This document shows positions 29,740 through 36,146 of a stretch of DNA of 36,146 bases, piece after piece. Position 1 is the first letter of the stretch, and the number at the start of each line of letters is the position of its first letter. This DNA comes from Macrostomum lignano (lineage: Eukaryota): NCBI GenBank assembly GCA_002269645.1, contig NIVC01004752.1, forward strand, positions 1-36,146. Direction: 5' to 3'. The notes below the pieces were generated by a model that searched no databases, was not told the origin of the DNA, and worked only from the letters and a program-made list of their open reading frames with translations. The position numbers and the translations under genes are program-made.

Positions 29740-30237
29740 CCCCGCCTGACAATTTTACGTGAATTTACGAAAAAATTACGAAAAAAAATTTGGCTTTTTC
29801 TCAATATGTCACGTAAGATTACGTAAATATTCTTCCTTTTTTACGTAAATTTTACGGATTGCGGATTTTTTTCTTTGTAACCACAACTTTAGTGGGAAAC
29901 AAGACAAAATCATACTATTCCCTGATTACTGTAAATACATTTTCTTTCGATAGTTTAGCACATGACCCCGAAAAAAGCGTTTCGTAATTTTTTTACCTAA
30001 TTTTTCCGTATTTTTTCGGAAATTAGTTACGTGTATTTTACGTTTAAACAAATCGGAATTTTTTACGAAGCTTTAGTGAGCAATCAAAAAAGAGGCTTCA
30101 ATTAATTATACTTTTGTATGTAAATGAAACCAAATAAAACCCTTTTTGACCAATGAGACCCCAAAAAATAAAGTTTTTTTTCGTGAAAAAATTAACTTAA
30201 CTTTTACGTATTGCTTACGAGAAATTGTCAGGCGGGG
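29740..30237. mobile_element. MITE with 16-bp TIR CCCCGCCTGACAATTT and internal TTACG subrepeats
   Basis: The inverted ends are directly visible. No standard TSD could be resolved. Confidence 0.75.
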
Positions 30238-31355
30238 TCCCAGCTCATTTCGTAGGTTCTCCTGGCTAAAGTGAGCGTAAATTGACGATTTTAGACGAAT
30301 CAATGTTTTGACGAAAGTGAATCCGAGTTTATAGAAGTTGCGTCAGCAGATTGTCGATATGAATTGGAGTCTGACAAAACTAAAATGAAGTTTTGTCAAT
30401 GCCAAAAAAATATAGGCTTTCTTCCTCATACAAATCTGTGCTGGTCTGTCGATATTGAAAAGGAGTTTGTCTAAAATGAATGTCGATTTACATGTACAGA
30501 GCTGAAAGTGTCGAAGTTGAACTTGAACTTGAAAGTTGAACGAAAGTTTGTCTTCATGTGACATTACAGCATAGGTTATATAGGTTGCATGCATAGGTTA
30601 AAAGAACACTGAGTAAGATTTAAAAGCGTTAAGGAAGTTTATTAGGTTAAGCAATTAAGTTGGGTGAAAAGTAAAACTTAAAATTAACCTACATGTATAT
30701 CTTCTTTGGCAACACACTATTTTAAAGCAGTTCCTACAGTCATTAGTCAATAAATATTTGGATACGTACATACAACGCTTGCAAGTATTTCACCTCACAG
30801 CAAGTTTTTTTTCTACTCCAATATCCGTATGGATGTTTCACCTACCAACAAATGGTTCTAATATTACTCGTATTGTAACCGGATGTCCACACCAGTCAAA
30901 ATAATAGTGCGATCTCACCAGTACATAGAAAGGGAAAATAAGAAATCGAGTTCACTTCGGTTACTAAAGCAGCCTCAGACTGGTTTGGGAGTCGCTGCAT
31001 CAAGGGTTCTCGATTCACCGCAAACGAACTCATCATCAACTGTGATTTTCGGTCGCTTCGGGCTCGAATTATACCATCTGCCCGCTGTGGTGTCGTGTCT
31101 CAATAGACTAACACAGAAAGCCGCGATTAATTAGCCAAACCAGAATTCGAGGAAGGTGCGCTCCACTTAGGAAGACGAGCAAGCTGCGCTTATATTTGCA
31201 TTCAAGCATGAGTTATTATAAGATCGATAATTTCGGCAACGCAAAAAATACTAATTATTTGCATAACATTTACGTTGACGCCTACTTACAGTAGAGTAGT
31301 AAAGAAAAATAACCCTATTCAAACTAAGCTTGATATTTAGTAAAACGGTCATTTT

Positions 31356-31685
31356 AAGGGTCGCCATCATAAACCCGAAAAATCACAACTCCGAATGCAC
31401 TTCCCATCATAAATCCGAAATATCATAAACCCGAAATATCATAAACCGAAATATCTCAAAACCCGAAATATCACAAACCCGAAATATCATAACTCCGAAA
31501 ACCAAAATAGTGTTGGACATTGCTAGAAATTTCAGAGTTATGATTTTTCGGGTATATGATGTGCGTTGCTAGCAATTTCGGAGTTATGATATTTCGGGCT
31601 TGTGATATTTCCGGTTTGATATTTCGGGTTTATGATGGAAAGCGCTTTTCGGAGTTGTGATTTTCGGATTTGTGATGCCCCCTTT
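31356..31685. mobile_element. Foldback MITE built from ATCATAAACCCGAAAT-type subrepeats
   Basis: Tandem subrepeats in the left half are mirrored by reverse-complement subrepeats (atttcgggtttatgat) in the right half. Confidence 0.75.
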
Positions 31686-32469
31686 CAAGGGCTCCCTTGT
31701 CACGACACAACACCCGCAATGCTATTTTCCTGCAGTGCCACGCAACAGATTGTGTCTAACTTAGGGACGCGCAGCACCCTATTTTATTCGTTCTATGCGC
31801 TGATCGATCGATTTCTACCTTCCAAGTACGTATTTGCATAAACCTATAGTTGCATAAACCTATAGTTTCCCTCATATATGAGTGCTCAAGTGGAGGCTAG
31901 GCTTGTAAATGTTAGGCAATTGGGACTGCCACCTGTGCACCCCTCTACCTGTCCGTCCGTCCCCCAAACTTTATCTCTCTCTTTTTCTCAGTAGGCGACA
32001 CCTGATCACCCCTGGCACTACTATCTTTAACATAGCCACCGATCTCTCCAGTAGTTGAACTAGCCATGGAATTTCCACGGAATTTCCTGCAGTCGGGTTC
32101 CACTAACTCTCACCAGTTAACTACATGTGGCAGACTGGTGGAGAGAGGGGAGGGGCAAAAGATTGGCCGATATATTTGCCCTGGTAACTAATTATTTTAA
32201 CTAAGACTGCTGGAATTTTGTTTCCGATAGCTAGCTGGTCTGGATTTTATGCCCTAAGCATTAACTTATCTTAGCACAGCGAGTCTGTAAGTGTTTAAAG
32301 CATTACGAGCTACAAACGATAATCTTCGAATTCACAGCAAATAAATGGTTTCAACGAAATACCTTGCCAATTAAGAAAACTGCGTCAAGTAAGTTTTTCA
32401 CGCATATAATTATGTTCAATCGTGCTCGAAACTTCCTGGAAAGCAAAATAGAAGATATTTTGGAGAAGA

Positions 32470-33999
32470 ATGCAGGCAGAAAATGCAGTCAAAGCTGCTG
32501 CCAGTGGTACAAGAGAAGATCTGGAAAAATATTTGCAAAAGATTTCGGACAGAGACAGCTCGGACAAGTGTTGCACGGAGGCGACAAAAGCTGCAGCCTG
32601 CAGCAGCCAATGGCCACGGAGAAGTTGTCGCTGCTCTGATGGAATTCTTTTTCGACGAAAGCAGTAAAGTTAGTTGTTGTGCGGAAGCAGCCTGGATCGC
32701 TGCAGGAAATCAGCACTGGAATGTTGTGACTTTTTTGGTGCAAAGCATCTCTGACGAACAACTGCGAGATGACTTCTGTTCATCTTACATAAAGGCCGTT
32801 TCGGAAAACGCTGGCACAACAGACGAAACTTTTGAAGACGCTCCTGCACTTGCAAATAACGATCTTTTTAACCATGAGCTCATTATTTTTCTAGCAGGTA
32901 CAATTAGCGATGGGCAACTCAAAGATCAATACTGCATGGACGCTGCAGAATCTGCGTCCAGCCATGGCAATATGAACTGTGTGGCCTCTCTTGGGCAGAT
33001 GATTTCTGATTCGGACGGCCGGGATTCTTTCTGCATCTCCTATGCAGAGCAATCTGCTGCATCCAATTGCTTGGAAGCAGCTACTTCGCTTTTAAGAAAT
33101 ATTTCTAATCCAGCACTTAGAGATAAAAAATGCATCGATTTTGCTGAATCCTTTGTATTATCTGGCAGTTGGGATATCGCGAAGTCTCTAGTTGAGCTGA
33201 TCGCTGACCCCAGTCGCAGGTATCTGTGCTGCATGAAGCTTGCAGACTTAGCACATTCATCTGCTCAGTGCGAAGATCTGGTTTTTCTGGCTCTAACCAT
33301 TGAAGACAAAAACATGAGGGATCAGTGCTGCCTGAAAGCAGTAGAAATCCTTGCAGACAGAAACGAATGGAATGAAGTGAAAACTTTCATTGAGATCATT
33401 GACGATCAAAGCATTCTCGAAAGTAGCTGCATGATAACTGCAGGGGCTGCAGCAGATACGAAAAACTGGGATGTTGTCGCGACTGGCAAGTATATTCCTT
33501 CCAGCATGTTGCTGAAAGACGAGTACTGGAGGTCCGCGACGGAGACTGTTGCAGAAAAGATGGATATCCGCAGACTCAACGAGTTTCTTGTGTCCACTGC
33601 TTCAAAAGCCGGAGTCGGGGTCAGTTCCGATCTTTATTCCTCAAGCTCGGACGGAACAGCAGTGGCAGCCATTCCAGCTGACTGGCTGCTCCGCAACTCT
33701 CCACTGCTGAAGCTGCTCTCTCAGCACCTGGAGATTCCTGGTGACGATTCAGTTTTACGATATACGCTGTCTAAAATGCATGCCGTTCGCATCGCTCAAC
33801 TGCTCTGCCTGTCCATCACGCACAGTCTTGTCGCACTGGCACTCACGATAATCAGAAGCCAATACTATAGCGACACGCATGTCGATCAGCAGAATAGCAC
33901 AGGAGCAACGCTTTAATGCTGGCAGCAGATGCGGGTCAGCACGACGTCATCAATGAATTGTTACTTCACGGTGCGTCTGTGAGGGCTGCAGATGGCAAG
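32470..33999 (+). pseudogene. 33-aa helical-repeat protein ending in a canonical ankyrin repeat; two frameshifts
   Basis: Repeats of the form I(S/D)DxxxRDxxC...AA..(G)..W..V..L recur at a 33-aa period. Frameshift 1 is a tandem duplication of CTGCAGC (32591-32604). Frameshift 2 at about 33910-33915 separates NSTGAT from MLAADAGQHDVINELLLHGASVRAADGK. Possible donor aag|gtcgga at 34000. Confidence 0.7.
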
Positions 34000-34242
34000 G
34001 TCGGACGGCTCTGTCTCGAGCGTGCATAGCGGGCCATGTTTTATCTGCCAAGGTTCTGATAAACGAAGGAGCAGACCCAAGTCATCAAGATCACCAAGGC
34101 ATGACATGCGAGCAGCTGGCTAATCAATATCATAACTACCAAGTGCTTCCGGTGCTGCAAAATGGGTGCGTCTTTTAATCAATATATATATTTCTTTTTT
34201 TCTGAACGTCGATGCAAATTCATAGACTACGAAAGGGCACTA

Positions 34243-35174
34243 CACCTTTTTTCATTCAATTTCAACCAAAGTCGGCATTCAATTTCAGCAAGCTGGCATT
34301 CAAAATCGGCAATCTAAATTAGCCAACCAAATCTTCATTCAATTTAAGCATGCTCGCATTCCATATCAGCGAACCACATTCAGCGAACTGCATTCAATTC
34401 AATTTTGTCTCAAACTTGTCTGCTCGTCTATGGGTAAACTTTATTGACGCGTGCAGATTTTGCACTCAATTTCGGCAATCTGCATTCAATTTCAGCAAAA
34501 CACATTCGATTTCAACCACAGACGAATGTTCAATTCCATGTACAGTTTACATCCAAAGAGGCTTTGTCGATCCTTTCATTTCACTTCACCCCAGCTTTCT
34601 GTTTTTTTTACTGCAAGTGTAGATATCGAGCATAGATATGAGTGACAATGAGATCATTAAAGAACAAGCTGACGAAGAAATTGAGTCAGAAGAAGAAGAA
34701 GGTCGAGGACCAAACGCACGAGTTTCTGACAGAGATAGAGCCCGCCTTATCGATGCCCACGAGACAGGGCAGGACTATTTACAACTTGCAGAGCTCATGA
34801 ACATCAATGGGGACTGAAGGGCCACACTTGACGTGACTTCGATTTTCTGTTTTTGTTCCCTATGACACTGTACATGTATTGGACGACGTTCGTTTTGTTT
34901 TACGTTAAGTTAATAAAATTTGCTGAATTTGAATGCAGATTGCCGAAATTGAGCGCAAAACTGCACGCGTCAATAAAGTTTACCCATAGACGAGCAGACA
35001 AGTTTGAGGCAAAATTGAATTGAATGCAGTTCGCTGAATGTGGTTCGCTGATATGGAATGCGAGCATGCTTAAATTGAATGAAGATTTAGATGGCTAATT
35101 TAGATTGCCGATTTTGAATGCCAGCTTGCTGAAATTGAATGCGACTTTGGTTGAAATTGAATGCAAAAGAGATG
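34243..35174 (+). mobile_element. Internally deleted Tc1/mariner-like DNA transposon with TIRs of about 260 bp
   Basis: TA|CA...TG|TA ends (TA at 34241-34242 and 35175-35176) and long near-perfect TIRs. The internal ORF 34638-34817 (MSDNE...RVSDRDRARLIDAHETGQDYLQLAELMNIN) resembles a transposase N-terminal HTH. Confidence 0.8.
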
Positions 35175-35655
35175 TAACAAGTCGTGAAAATTTCACTGGA
35201 GGCCGGTTTTGTTCTGGTAATGTTGTTTCTCTCGACCAAGTTTGTCTATGGTAAAGCTCTATTTAATGTATGCAATGCAAGAGCAAAATCCTTGCGAAAT
35301 CCGTTTAGACAAGCAACCATAGCTAACATGCTTGCAACGAAAATTGGCCCCAATGAAATTCAGGAAATTTTTTGAGTTTCACTCATCCTCTTCTTACAAT
35401 GTCTTCCATGTACAAAAACGAATTTAAGTGTTTTAAAATTAATTTTGTGCTTTTAGAACTTCGGAAAACACGACAATGGATGTTTTGCGTCAACAAACTC
35501 GGTAAGCGATTCGGAGGTTGTCTAAATGCAATTGTCCTGGTGCCAAAAACCATAGACACAATCTACTATTGAGAGCATGTTTCTAAGAAAATTTTGCTTC
35601 TGTTTTTTAAATACGATCGTATGTGTTACTGAATATTTAGCTTTAACAAATTTAG

Positions 35656-35994
35656 AAACAGAGAGCTAAGTCGGAGTTGGCACCAGCAGCTTACCAGGCA
35701 GGATTCAGTCTGCGCAGGGCAAGTGTCAGCAAGTACTGGTCGCACTCTGCAAACGCTGGTTCAAAGCTCTTCAGATGGTCAGAGGCAGATGACTGGCAGC
35801 TACCGAGAAGGCTGGGGGAACAGTCTCGTGCAGGTGAACGGCAGAGTAGGGGCTCAATCCGACATCGACTGGACTACGATGGACTCTAGACAAGTAACTC
35901 ACCTGAAGGAGGCTGCCAAAGGTCTGAAAAATTGCAAAAATTCTCCACTGCTTCAGGTTAGAGAAGGCCACGCTCAGGTGGCAAGCTGGATCGG
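35656..35994 (+). CDS. Probable internal exon of a Mab-21/cGAS-like nucleotidyltransferase
   Basis: Acceptor tttag| at 35655, a stop-free frame of about 113 codons, and a strong donor GG|GTAAGT at 35995. It contains MTGSYREGWGNSL...SDIDW, a polymerase-beta-type GS...DxD signature. The family call is from motif recall. Confidence 0.5.
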
Positions 35995-36146
35995 GTAAGT
36001 TTTGCGCAGCTTATCAGTAACGCTTGCTTGTGCTCTGTTAAACCTTACAATTTAATAGTCAAGCCGCAACGAAGATCAAAGACTGATTTAAAGTACTAAC
36101 TGAGCCTGGCAACAATTCGACTAAGGTATAAACTCTTGTTGTCTCT

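Overview
This is eukaryotic (animal) genomic DNA: GC-rich coding exons, short spliceosomal introns and dense repeats. The style suggests a free-living flatworm such as Macrostomum; that is inference and was not checked against any database. Genes read by hand-splicing: (1) a secreted PAN/apple-like + F-type lectin gene (5009-5839, +) with a frameshifted paralog (19481-20322, -); (2) between them, a nicotinic acetylcholine receptor alpha subunit with at least 8 exons, one GC-AG intron and an unresolved first exon (10061-16516, +); (3) a secreted PAN-like + fibrinogen-related domain gene (23187-24667, +); (4) a Cdc42/Rac-like GTPase with degenerate switch I/II motifs but an intact polybasic-CAAX tail (27696-29383, +), whose second intron holds 48 perfect copies of a 15-bp repeat framed like an in-frame cassette exon; (5) a twice-frameshifted 33-aa helical-repeat/ankyrin gene (32470-about 34000), followed by an exon with a Mab-21/cGAS-like GS..DxD motif (35656-35994). 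Repeats include a dead RTE-like LINE, nested tRNA-derived SINEs, a CORE-type SINE, a hAT MITE with an 8-bp TSD, an internally deleted Tc1/mariner element, a 1.7-kb foldback, a TTAGGG-containing satellite and a (TTAG)n array. The best leads are the putative pseudo-GTPase with its repeat exon, the possible ankyrin-cGLR immune gene and the lectin gene cluster.
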